Source of the DNA: Vitrella brassicaformis CCMP3155
Taxonomy: Eukaryota > Protista > Chromerida
Direction: 5' to 3'
Assembly (NCBI GenBank): GCA_001179505.1
Contig: CDMY01000259.1
Span: 1-64,000 of the forward strand
Length of the DNA: 64,000 nucleotides
Shown in pieces: positions 35,673 to 46,415 of the stretch (positions are counted from its first letter, which is position 1; the number at the start of each line of letters is the position of its first letter). The notes under the pieces are model-generated. The model saw nothing but the letters and a program-made list of their open reading frames with translations. It ran no database searches and was not told the DNA's origin. Both the position numbers and the translations under genes were made by a program.

Positions 35673-37103
35673 TGTGTTCTAGTGTGTGCAGGTGCATGAG
35701 GGCTTCACATTAGTCGAGAGGGCGCCTCGGGATGAGTCCGACAGCAACAAGGTACACTCACAAACAGACAGACAGACAGACACACAGACAACGCACTGTC
35801 AACCTGCCGCTTTTCGCCTCAGCACGGCCAGCACGTTGGCTTGTTCGACCTGCCACCCGACGTCGAGCGTGACGTCGTCTTCGCACTGCTCGGCCCCGGC
35901 GACCTTGCCCGCCTCCGCCGCACCTGCACACTCGGCAGCCGGCGTGTGTCGGAGGACTACGTCAAGACGCGGATCGACGCCCACTTGACCAACAAAGGCA
36001 TCAAGCACATCATCAGCTACCGCATCAAGCACAGGACCGTCGGCCACATGTTGCGGCTCCTGTACTTCATCGAGCAGAGCGGCGATTGGGCCGGCTGGGA
36101 GCCAATAATCAGGGTGGCCAAGCATCAGGGGCGGGGAGGGGGGCAGTTGTCGATAGAGCTGGGGAGTGCTGATGTAGAGGCGGTGGGCAGCCGGGCGGTG
36201 TTTGACGGGCGGTGTGAGGCCATGCGCCAGCTCTCACCCATCGCCCGCCACATCGGTGTGAGGCACGAGAACCATGATGGCGAGGAGCGCTGGCATGGGC
36301 GTCCGCTGACCATCTACACACCGCAGACACTGCTGCTGGTCGACCACCCCTTCCGCAATGGATTCGACCCGGCCAACCCCGTGTGTGAGTATGATGGTGA
36401 GGGAGAAGGGATATCAATGGGATATGGATCACACGAGGGAGGAGGGCATATGGGCAATGGAATGGACCATTTGGTTGGGTGTGTCCGTCTCTTTGCAGGT
36501 TGGGAGTATGCGTCACTTCGCGACGCTGTGTTGGATCAGTGAGAAGAATGAGGAGAAAAATACACATTGGCTGTACCGCTCTGCCGTGATGTGTCTCTTC
36601 AGGATGCGTTATGGAGGGTCGGTTGTCGCGGACGAATCGAGCAGTCGATGGGAGAATGCCACACGATACAACCGACTGGTCACACACACACACACACACT
36701 CACTCGTTGTCATATCTCGTTCTTTCTTCAGCATTCGCTTTCCACTCAGCAGCCGCCCGTGTGGGACCGGCGCACCATCAGCACCAGCCACCGTCCGGCA
36801 CTCCCATCCGATTCAGTATCCGATCTCCCATTCGATCACCCGGGACTTGGACGCTTCGATCGCGTGATAGTGCTGCATGGCGACCAGCCCGGCCACACAT
36901 TCCAGGCCCACCTCATCACCTGCGTCGGCCCGGACTTTGTGCGCGCCCACTTCCGGACGACGGAGCCTCCCGTGGACAGTGAGGTGGGTGCCGCCAGACT
37001 CCCACAGACAGCGAGGGTGGCGCGTGAGGTCATAGGGGCCGACGCAGAGACGGTGTTCGGCAGTTGGTGTTCGGCAACAGTAGGGTGTTCCGCAACAGTC
37101 TAG
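34622..37103 (+). CDS. F-box-like lineage-expanded family protein with a Pro-rich N-terminal extension
   Basis: Exons from MGAAASSSS, then a Pro-rich stretch, a beta-rich segment (YENGTRVWMVTAK...EWVKADVYHTE), an F-box-like GLFDLPPDVERDVVFALLGPGDLARLRRTC, LRLLYFIEQSGDWAGW and RFDRVIVLHGDQPGHTFQAHLI. The latter motifs I recall from a chromerid-expanded family (unsearched). Confidence 0.7.
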
Positions 37104-37592
37104 CTATAGCCGTAGACTAACTCGAGTGTGCAGAGGGCCTTCCTGTCTGTCTGGCCCATTGCCGCAGCAGCGGATGGCAGGCAGGCAGGCAGGCAGGTGT
37201 CTTAGAGAGACTGACTGACTGATGCGGGCGGGACGGGGTGGGGGCGAGCTAGTGGGTTGACAGACTGCCTATGTGTGGGTGGGTGGGTGGGTGGGTGGGT
37301 GGCGGATTCTCGGATTCTCTTCATGGGACGATGTAATGGGGATCCCCCTTCTCGCCACAAACAGAAACATTCACCAACACCCGACACCCACCCTGTAAGT
37401 CACCATTGAACTGAAGAAGGCCGATTGATAGAACATCGCCCTTTGTTTGTACACAAGGCATGTGCACACACACTGGACGCACCCCAGTCCCTTTCTCAAC
37501 GACACAACACGTGCACGGCCCTGCTTACAAAGATCCCGCTCCATCCAGCCTGGTCTCTGTCTCTCTTTCATCATCCCCATCTCTGGCTGCTG

Positions 37593-37982
37593 TCAGCCAG
37601 CTGTCGGCGCGTCGGCATCGGTCAGAGGGGGGGTGTGGGGGCTGGACGAGGGGAAGTTCTCGGACGGCACGCCAGGCCGCTCGTTCGCAAACGTGATAAT
37701 GTTCTCAATGTGCCTGCGAGTAAACAGCACACAGGGAGGGCAATCATGTCGGCCGGCAGAGGAGGGGTGTGTGTGTGAGGCGATCTGGTCAACTTGGTCT
37801 GCGGGAAGATGTCCACAGGCTGGATGTCGTCGATGCGGTAGCCATTGCCCAGGAAGTCTATCGTGTCACGGGCCTGACATGGACAAACGTGGCAGCACCA
37901 CGCAGGCGCATGTGTCGCATTGTCTGTTCACCTGTGTAGCGGGGTTGCACGACACGTACACCACACGGGCGGGGCTCAGCCT

Positions 37983-38016
<34 letters not shown>

Positions 38017-40147
38017 GGAGAGAGAGAGGGGGATGAAGGCGCATGGCAGACGGAGAGGGGGATGACCCACCTGAAGAGTTGTCTGAGAAACGATCGGTCG
38101 CATCCCTTGCGGGGCGGGTCGATGACGACGGCCATCGACGGAGATGGCATGGCGGGCAGCGAGGGGTCACCACTCAACGCCCCTACATACGCCCACACAC
38201 AAAGCACACCGACATCCACGCAGCCGACGAGCGCGTCAGTGCCCATCCTGCGTGCCGACCAAAGATGGCCTGTGCGTTGCCGAGAACGAATCGACAGTTA
38301 TTTGCACCGTTCTCGGCAGCGTTCCTGCGGGCGGCCTGGGCGAAAGAGGCACCACAGACATTAAGGAAGAGGTCGTTTCCGTGACTCTCCCTTGCCTGGC
38401 TCTCTCCTTACTTACTTCGACGCTCTCGCCCTGCACCTCTACACCAACGACCGTCTGACAGAGAGAGAGAGAGAGAGAGACATGCAAGAGAAGAGCCTTG
38501 ATGCGCTGAGAGAGAGATGAGTGCAGTGCGTCATGGGATCCCCCACCCACCTCCAAGTGCGCGTGTCCACAGATGGCGAACAGGCCGACGCCGCAGTAGC
38601 AGTCGAGGAGGAAACGGGGAGGGGCGCCGTCGCTCAGAGGCTCACGCAGCCTCGCATTCACATACTCCACCTGCACACGCCCACACACCCACCCACCCAC
38701 CCTTCCTGAGTGAGGGTGCATGCGGCTGTCCAGGACCCGTTGCTCACCATTCGCGGTAGGACGAATGGGTTGTTTTGGAAGAAGCTGCCAGCCGTGTACC
38801 AGAAGCGATAACGGCCCACCTGCAGGCGCACAGCCACACCAAGCCAACAGTGACAAGAGCCCATCTTCCCTCCTGGTGCAGGTCGGTCTCACCTTCTCTG
38901 AGCACTCCTGTCGTGGGTCGGTGACGACGCCCTGCTCTGAAGGACGACACGAGCATCACCCGATCACTGCATGTCTTCCTCCCACCCACCAACCCATTCC
39001 ACTCGCCTGTTGCCCTCAGCAGGAGAGTGCCGCCTCGCGCCTTCCTGATGCCGTGGCGCTCCGCTTCAACGGCACGCCTGACATGAAAGGATATGGAGGC
39101 ACAAACCACATAGGCAAGGAGGATGCACGTGCCCATCCACACGCCGTACCTCCGTTTCTCCACTACTTCCTGCCTCGTCTGTGGGAGCTGGTCGTTGATA
39201 GCGTCAAGAGCGATAGGACAGTGTGGCACGTCCACTATCTGACACACATCGACACGGGTACACAAGGGTGGTCAATCACCTCCTTCCGTCCCTTCGCACC
39301 TGTCTGCTGAACTTCGAGTTAAATCCGATCGGTCCCCCGCCCTCCTGGTCCCTCCTGGGCCGGTCGTAGTGCGGGGTGAGCTTCGACCGATAGCCAAACG
39401 CATCACCGGTCCCCAGCACTGGGTTGACTTGCACGTCTGGCGGGAGGCCTGCCAGCCGATGAAGCACCTGCTGCACATGGCCCCGCTTCAACTCACGCTG
39501 AGAGAGACCAGGAAACACAGCACCCATCAAGACAGTTTACACATGTGCCCGCAGTCTGCCTTTTCGCGCACCTGTGCCTCGAGCGTCATGTGCTGATACT
39601 GGCAGCCCCCACACGCACCGAAGAGCTTACACTGAGGCTCGATGCGGTTGGGCGATGCCTCAAGTACCTCCGTCAGCACGGCAAACGAGTAGTTCTGGAA
39701 GTTGCGATAGATTTTGACGCGCACGCGCTCGCCGGCGATCACATCACGGACCATCACAACCCAAGTTTTCCCGTGCTGTCCAGGCAGTTCCACCCGCCCG
39801 ATGCCGTGTCCGTCGTTTGTGACGGTCTGGATGTCCATCGTCAGCTCAGTGTGATAGGCGAAGGGCTGATCCTTGAAGCCCGGAGGGCCAGTCGGAGCCA
39901 GCACTGCCCATTTGGCGTCATCAATGGCCTCCCTCGTCGCCGCATGACTCATCAACAGCTGCACTTGCCGCCTTCTGCGTTTCCTTCGACAAGCTAGTGG
40001 CGGCCTGGATGCGGTCAGGAAGGCTTCTCTTCGTCGTTTGCGGCACATGGGGAGCGTTGGAGGGGCCACAGCCGCAAGATCCTCCGTTGGTGATGAGTCA
40101 ATAGCAAAAGTGAGGGCGAGAAGGACAATGAAACGAATCAGCAGCAT
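37593..40147 (-). CDS. TRAM-domain RNA (uracil-5-)-methyltransferase, RlmD/TrmA family, probably organelle-targeted
   Basis: TRAM segment IQTVTNDGHGIGRV...VIAGERVRVKI, Fe-S cysteines CKLFGACGGCQYQH, FGYRSKLTPH, AGSFFQNNP, LDCYCGVGLFA, VIDPPRKGC, and catalytic YVSCNPATQARD...DIFPQTRHIE. Confidence 0.93.
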
Positions 40148-40230
40148 ATCCTCACGCCACGACAGCCTCTCCGCAGCCGAGATCTGCTCGTTTCTGCCGC
40201 GTTCGATCCATTGCAAGCTTGGAAGCTCGC

Positions 40231-40246
40231 AAACCCTAAACCCTAA
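40231..40246 (+). promoter_or_regulatory. Tandem telo-box-like motif (AAACCCTAAACCCTAA) in a 139-bp bidirectional promoter
   Basis: Lies between the divergent ATGs at 40147 and 40287. Similar motifs occur at 46213-46232 and 42586-42594. Confidence 0.5.
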
Positions 40247-40286
40247 GTCCCTTGCCGTTCTCCTCGCCTCTCTGCATTGACTGACG

Positions 40287-40914
40287 ATGGAGGACAGTTC
40301 TGTGGCGATATCGATAGACGAGAACCACCGCATCCGGACGCTCCCTGATGACCAGTACAGGGAGTCCGAACAGCTCGAGATGGAATGCGCCTCATTCATA
40401 CAAAGTATGACGAGCTGAAAAGGGGGGCGGCACGCACCACATCGCCCTCCTGATGCCTGCCTGTCTGTGTGTTGTCTGTTCCATCAGAGGTTCAGAACTT
40501 CAATGGGACGATTCAGAGCCTGGTTGAGATCCTCTCGGCACAGGCAGATGAAATCGAAAAGGCCAAACTGCAGGTAAGACTGTGCGTGGGGAAGGCAGAC
40601 AGCAGCCAGGCCACTGATGTGTTGTGTGTTGTGTGCAGGCGATGGGTCAGAAGCTGCGTGTTGAGATGGAGGCGGAGAACCGCAAGAGGCGCCAGCAGCA
40701 GCTCAAGGCACTCATCGCCGAAAAGACCGCAGAGCTCGAGCGGTACGCATGTCGAGGAGGAATGACTTGTAGCTTGTTGTCGTTCGTTCGTGCAAGGTGC
40801 TTTCTTTCATGTGTGTTTGTATGTGTCAGTTTGAATGTGTATTACGCCTCTCTGGAGAAGGTTGAGAAGGAGCAGAGGGCGCTCATCGACAAGCTGTCCA
40901 ACAACGAGGCATAG
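40287..40914 (+). CDS. IFT20: Intraflagellar transport protein 20, 4 exons
   Basis: MEDSSVAISIDENHRIRTLPDDQYRESEQLEMECASFIQK|VQNFNGTIQSLVEILSAQADEIEKAKLQ|AMGQKLRVEMEAENRKRRQQQLKALIAEKTAELER|LNVYYASLEKVEKEQRALIDKLSNNEA*. This matches the IFT20 pattern (QQQLQALIAEKKMQLER). Confidence 0.93.
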
Positions 40915-41232
40915 AGCAGGGCAAGGCAGGACCTGCCGGTGAAGTGACATGCATCATGGCGATGCTTAGCTCGGGGACTCCACAGGGGTGTTGATAGGGT
41001 GCATACTTTGCTGTCTGACTCTGCTGTCGGGTGACGCATTCATGCACTTAGCTAGTGAGATTGTTCCCTGCCTGACAACGACACGACTAGTCTACAGCCC
41101 TCCACAAAGTCACGAGTACCTACATCCACACACCTCTCGCACTTGCACGTCTGTCTGTCGGGCAGAGCAGCCCCATCCGTTTCCACCCTCCCACCGTAGC
41201 CGCAGCCAGGGAATATACACCCACACACACAT

Positions 41233-42340
41233 TCAATCCATCATGCGTTTCCGCACCTCGAAGCTCGCGACTGCCGAACGCGGCGGGTATTTGTCTACTG
41301 TGTCGGTATTTCTATTGTCGTCAAATAGACCACATTGCAGATATCTCCCCACATCCGTCTGCCATCGGACGTTGTACGACGTCTCGACGCCCATAGAATG
41401 GCAGATCTTGCGCATTGCACAGGCGAAGCCCTCCCCTTCATCCTCTTCATCCTGTCCATCCTCTTCATCCTCCTCCTGAAGACAGACATTCACGAGCACG
41501 CACAGACAGGCATTCACGAAGCTGGCTGGCTGACCTCGCCAGCTTCCTCCTCGTCCTCGTCTTCCTCCTCATCCTCCGCTAGACTCACATAGACTGGAGG
41601 GCTAAGGCCGTACAGCTTGTGCCGCGCTGACACATTCACACATATACACAACAAAGACCCCGTATAGGGAAGCTGTCGACCGGCGTGTGTACTCACGTTT
41701 CGACAGCTCCGTGCACATGTCTTGGTAGAATTGAGTGAAGGAGCGGCCGTCTTGGCAGCACGTCTCATGCGCCTCCTGCATGACAGCCAGCCGCCTGTCG
41801 AGGATCCGATCGGGAGGCCGCTTGTTGAGGATGCGCCCCAGCTCCTCAACCAATGCCTTGCCTCGCTGCACCTCGAGTTCCGACCCCCAGCCCCTCGTCT
41901 CAGGCATACCAGGATAGTACCCCTCAGCTGCCTCAACCGTCCTACCGGGCAGCTGAGCAATGGCTTCAGCCGTCCAGCCATCCCTCCAGCCACTGCCTAC
42001 AGTAGTGAGTGCATCGACGGCCATCGTGACGTGATGGACTGAGTGTGGTTGGTTTGTTGCCGACTTACTGTGAAGCGCTTGCTCGAGGAGCCCCCAGAAC
42101 AGGAGAGGACAGTGAAGCCCGCCGACTTCACCTGCAAGTGAGTTGGTGGATTGACACAATCACAATTCATGTCATGACTCTGCCTGCCGTTGCGCTGTGT
42201 GTTAATGAATCTTCCACCTCACCTGCATAAGCGACGCGCCAGGCGTCAATCAAGGCATCCTTCTCCAGCACTAGTTGGCTGAGGTACTTCTCCGCTACAG
42301 TTACAGTACTAGTGGTCGTCCCTTCGCTGCTCATGGCCAT
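41233..42340 (-). CDS. Hypothetical multi-exon protein with an acidic tract
   Basis: Splice-consistent exons from MAMSSEGTTTS, through ...EAHETCCQDGRSFTQFYQDMC... and a poly-D/E tract, to ...ASFEVRKRMMD*. No family recognised. Confidence 0.6.
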
Positions 42341-42682
42341 TCTGTTCCTCAGACGACGCCGAGGGTTATGGTGAGAGGTCCGCAGTGTGCGAGTGGGAGT
42401 GAAGGCGAGCACTGACGAGGGCAGGGCGAGGACGGGCAAAGTGATGAGGCAGAACACCACTCGGGGGACAGAAATCATGAGTGAAGCGACGAATGACGGG
42501 GACACCATTTCCCACTGCAGCGGGCGAGTGATGAATCTGCCTATAACAGCATTCCCGACTGATTTGGGATTGCGATCGATCAGCAGGTTAGGGTGCAGGG
42601 TTCGGTGTTTGCGAGCTTTTGGGTTCAAAGGGAGGGCGCCTGGCGTGTCAACCACCGAGCATCGAAGATCTCTCATCGCCAG

Positions 42683-45154
42683 ATGCGGAAGGCACGAGGC
42701 GTCAGCTTGAGAGTACTCCTGTTAGTGGCGTCAGCGCTTGTCCTGCTGCTGGCGAGGAGGACAGGAGCACATGACCTTGCAGACGGTAAGAAGGTGCATG
42801 TGGGCTAACCCACAACCGCTGGAAAGGAAAGAGGTACTGACACACATCTGGATCTCCGTGTGCGCGCACAACCAGATGATGAGGAGTTTGAGGCCTCCCC
42901 CGCCTCCCCGCCCGAGCAGCCCAAGAGCACTGTCCCGTCCGCCCCACAACCGTCATCGGCCGGACACACGCACGGCGGTGTGAAGCCCGGTACTGGGCAC
43001 CATCACGAGGACGAAGAGGAGTTCGACCATGCCCCGAGCGATAAGGGAACCCCGTGGGCCAACAGAGGCAAAGGTGCGCACGGACGGAGTGTGACCATCG
43101 TTGCCCGCTTGTATGGACACACACGTGTGCAGGTGCAGGTGGCGGCAAGCAGCGAAGGGACCAACCGCCGTCGAGAACCATGCGGCCCCGCCCTAGGAAA
43201 ACCCCTGAGGACTTCATCCCTGAGCTGTTGGCCGGCATGCTGTTCGTGTTCTATCTGGTGCACATGTACTTCGGCAAAAACTACAACAAGAAAATCGCCA
43301 TCGCCTGGTGAGTGAGTGAGTCAGCTCATAGCCGCACTTACGAATGCAGCCAGCCAGCCACGTGTGTGTGTGTAGGTTTGAGGAGAATGTCGAGACGCTC
43401 GAAAAGAGCTTTGCTATTGTTGGCTTCGGCAAGGACCCTAAGGAGGGGCCGTACATCAGGTCAGTAGCGGCTCGAGCCACCAGACACACAGCCGTCATCC
43501 ACTCACGTCTTCCGTGGTGTGTGGTGTGGTGTGTCAGGCAAGAGTCGTGGGATGAGTATCTGTTCTATGCGAGTGGGCGTCAGGGGTGCAGCCACCTGCT
43601 GGCCCGCCTGCAGCTCGACCGTCGGCAGGACGCCGTCCACTCGTTCATCCTCAAGTACATCACACCCAGACCTGACACATGCATCATCGAGATACCATTC
43701 GACTCTATGGTATAGAGCACACCGAAGCACAGAAACACAGGGAAGTATGTGTGTGTGTGTGTGTGTGTGTCCGTCTGCCGCCAACAGGACACCTATGTGA
43801 TGGCTGTGCTGCGCCGGAAGGACCAGAAGATCATCCACAACAAGTATGAGGACCTGGTGAGCGGCCACCAGCCCCACCCCAAGCCACCCCAAGCCACCTC
43901 ACTTTTTTTCTCTCTCCTCCCTCCGTTCGTTCATCAGAAAGAGTTCGCCAAGGCCCGCAAGTCGGACCTGCCCCAGAGCCTGGTGGTGCTGGCGGACTCG
44001 GGCGACCCCGTGGATCATCTGCTGACTCCCCAGGTGGTCAAGGCCCTCACAGCCTTCGAGTCATCCCTCGTCTGCCTCCACATTTCCGACATCCACGGCG
44101 GCATCAAACTCCCCACCAGTGGTGGCAGTGGCGGAGGGGGCGCCAGTGGGTCGTCGAGCAGCGCCAGTGCTGAGTCGACCACCACAACCGCATCATCGGA
44201 GCCGGAGGGCAAGGACAGCCGATACACACAGCCTGTGTAAGGGAGAGGGGGAGGGAGGGGGGACAGACGTCTTCATTGCACTGACCGACACGTGTGTTCT
44301 GCGCTGCGTGGCGTGTGTATCTGATTCTCAGTCAGCGGGGTTTGCGGCTGGAGTATCGGCTCCCCGATCCCAACAAGATGACCGACTTCGCGTGAGAAAG
44401 AAGGGATCAGATCAGATGATCCACGCACACAACACAAAATGGGAGCGGGTATGTGCTGTTCTTTGCTGTGCTGTGCTGCCTGTCTGCAGCGACCTGCTTC
44501 GCCTCGCCCTGTATCTGATCGAGCCCGCGTCAGCCCTCAGGATATCTGAAAAGGTGAGGTGGGCAGCCGAGCCATGCACCGAACGACCATTCATTCTGTC
44601 ATCCACCCGTGGCGTTGTGTGTGCGTCTCTCTCTGTCTCTGTCAGTCCCGCTCGACTGTCAACGATGCGCGTCGTGAGGTGGAGAGGGCGCAGTTCAAGG
44701 AGAGCGAAGCCGAACGACAGGAGGTCAGCCGGGGGGCATAAGGGGCATACTCACTCACTCTCACACTCATGGCGTTGCGCTTCATGGTGTCCACCCACAG
44801 AAGATCCAGAAGCGCAAGTTGGAGAAGAAGAAACAGGAGGAAGAGGAATTTGAGAAACTCACACCTGTTAGCAGAAATGGATGGATGGATGGAGGGAGGG
44901 ACGCACAAGGCTACCTGTGTGGGGCGTGTGTATATGGATGTGTGTGTGCAGGAGCAGCAGCGCAAGCGAGAGGAGAAGAACCACAAGAAGTCGCTCAAAC
45001 AGAGGCAACCCAAATTTAAGGTGAGCCAGTACTGCGGGCTGAGAGTGCCGAAGACAGAGAGAAGAAGGCACACACCGAACGAAGACAACACTCACGTGTC
45101 CGTGTCTGTCTGTGTGGTGCCTGGCCTGCCTACCTGCAGATGATTCGAATGTAA
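42683..45154 (+). CDS. CCDC47: PAT complex subunit CCDC47 (DUF1682), multi-exon
   Basis: Signal peptide, acidic lumenal stretch, TM plus YFGKNYNKKIAIAW, QESWDEYLFYASGRQGC, LQLDRRQD, TYVMAVLRRK, and a basic coiled-coil C-terminus ...KKSLKQRQPKFK|MIRM*. Confidence 0.9.
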
Positions 45155-45337
45155 TGTGACTTGGCGGACTCCTGTGGTGCCTTTCCTTTCCTGATGCCGC
45201 ATCTGCCTAGCACTCGCTCTTCATCTCCATCTCTCTACATCCACGTCGGTTCATTCCGTACAGCTGCCGTGTGTTGCATTTGGTGGGGGTGCTGTGTGGG
45301 CGGGGTGCATGTCTGTCTGCCTGTCTGCCCGTCTGCC

Positions 45338-45440
45338 TGTGCTGGCTGAGAGTGGCTGAGTTGCTGAGGATCGAGATGAACACGCAGTCGTGCAGTGCTC
45401 ATCTCGATGAAGAGCGACTCAGCCACTGCCAGCCAGCACA
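45338..45440. other. Long imperfect inverted repeat (46-bp arms, 11-nt loop)
   Basis: 45338-45383 is the reverse complement of 45395-45440 at 38 of 46 positions, plus one G-U pair. Confidence 0.85.
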
Positions 45441-46415
45441 AGCGATGGATGACACGGCTGACATTCTCACGACTGTGGACGAGTTCGGTCTTGCTGCATG
45501 TGGTGGTGTACAGTGAACCCACGCGGAATGAATGGGGCGGGCGCCGCTGATCGAGGGAGGGGACGTGTGTGTGTGTCTGGCTGGCGTTTTTGGCTCTCTG
45601 CGGTGCGGACGGATGACTTTTTTGGGACCTCTGTGTGTGTCGTATCAATCAATGGGCTTTAGGGCGTCAGAGAGAGAAAAGGGAGGGAGGACGAGGCGTC
45701 AGTCAGTCAGCCAGACACTCGAGGAAAGAGAATCCAGCCTACCGTCTACCACACCCCACCCAGGGACCGTCTCACCTGCCTACCTGCCTGTCTGCCTGCC
45801 CCCCGCCTTCCTGACTCGCCTGCACCACATATCCAGCGAGTCCATGGGGAGAGAGCTACGGTAACCAACCAGCCAGCCATCCATCCGTCCACCTCTGCCT
45901 CACTCATGGCAAGTCCCGCCACGACCACCGCGAGAGGCGGGGAGGGACGTGGGTGGTGACCTGCCAGCAGCCCGCGGAAGACGTTTGCTGCTGCGTACGC
46001 CCATGGCCATACGTCCGTCATGGTTAAGGGATTGTTGGAGAGCTGCCGCCCCGACGGGGCGTACTGTGGATGCACACATAACATACACACATGGGTGCAT
46101 GACGTGACGTGTCGTGTGGCTGTCTGTGTATTTTTGGTACCTACGCTCTGCACACCGACTGTTACGTTCGGATTGACACACAAGGATCTCAACTATTGAG
46201 GGAAGGGTTGAGAACCCTGAAACCCTAACCCTGCATCCTGCCGCGTGACACAAATCCTGAAACGAAGCGTGCCGATATAGCGATAGTCACTGTGGCTGCA
46301 GCCGAGTACTGCGGTGACGATGGTCATGAATTCGAGCCCCATTTCTCCAGATCTTTGCTGGGCGGGATGCTGGGCGGGATGAGGTGACCATTCTGCTCAC
46401 ACACACACCGGAGCA

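Noticed and set aside
45338-45443. Single-hairpin H/ACA snoRNA interpretation of the hairpin
   Set aside because: The ACA is paired within the stem, and no internal pocket lies 14-16 nt upstream of it.
45750-46100. Possible minus-strand exon(s) divergent from DNA-PKcs
   Set aside because: No recognisable protein and no convincing start or downstream exon chain.
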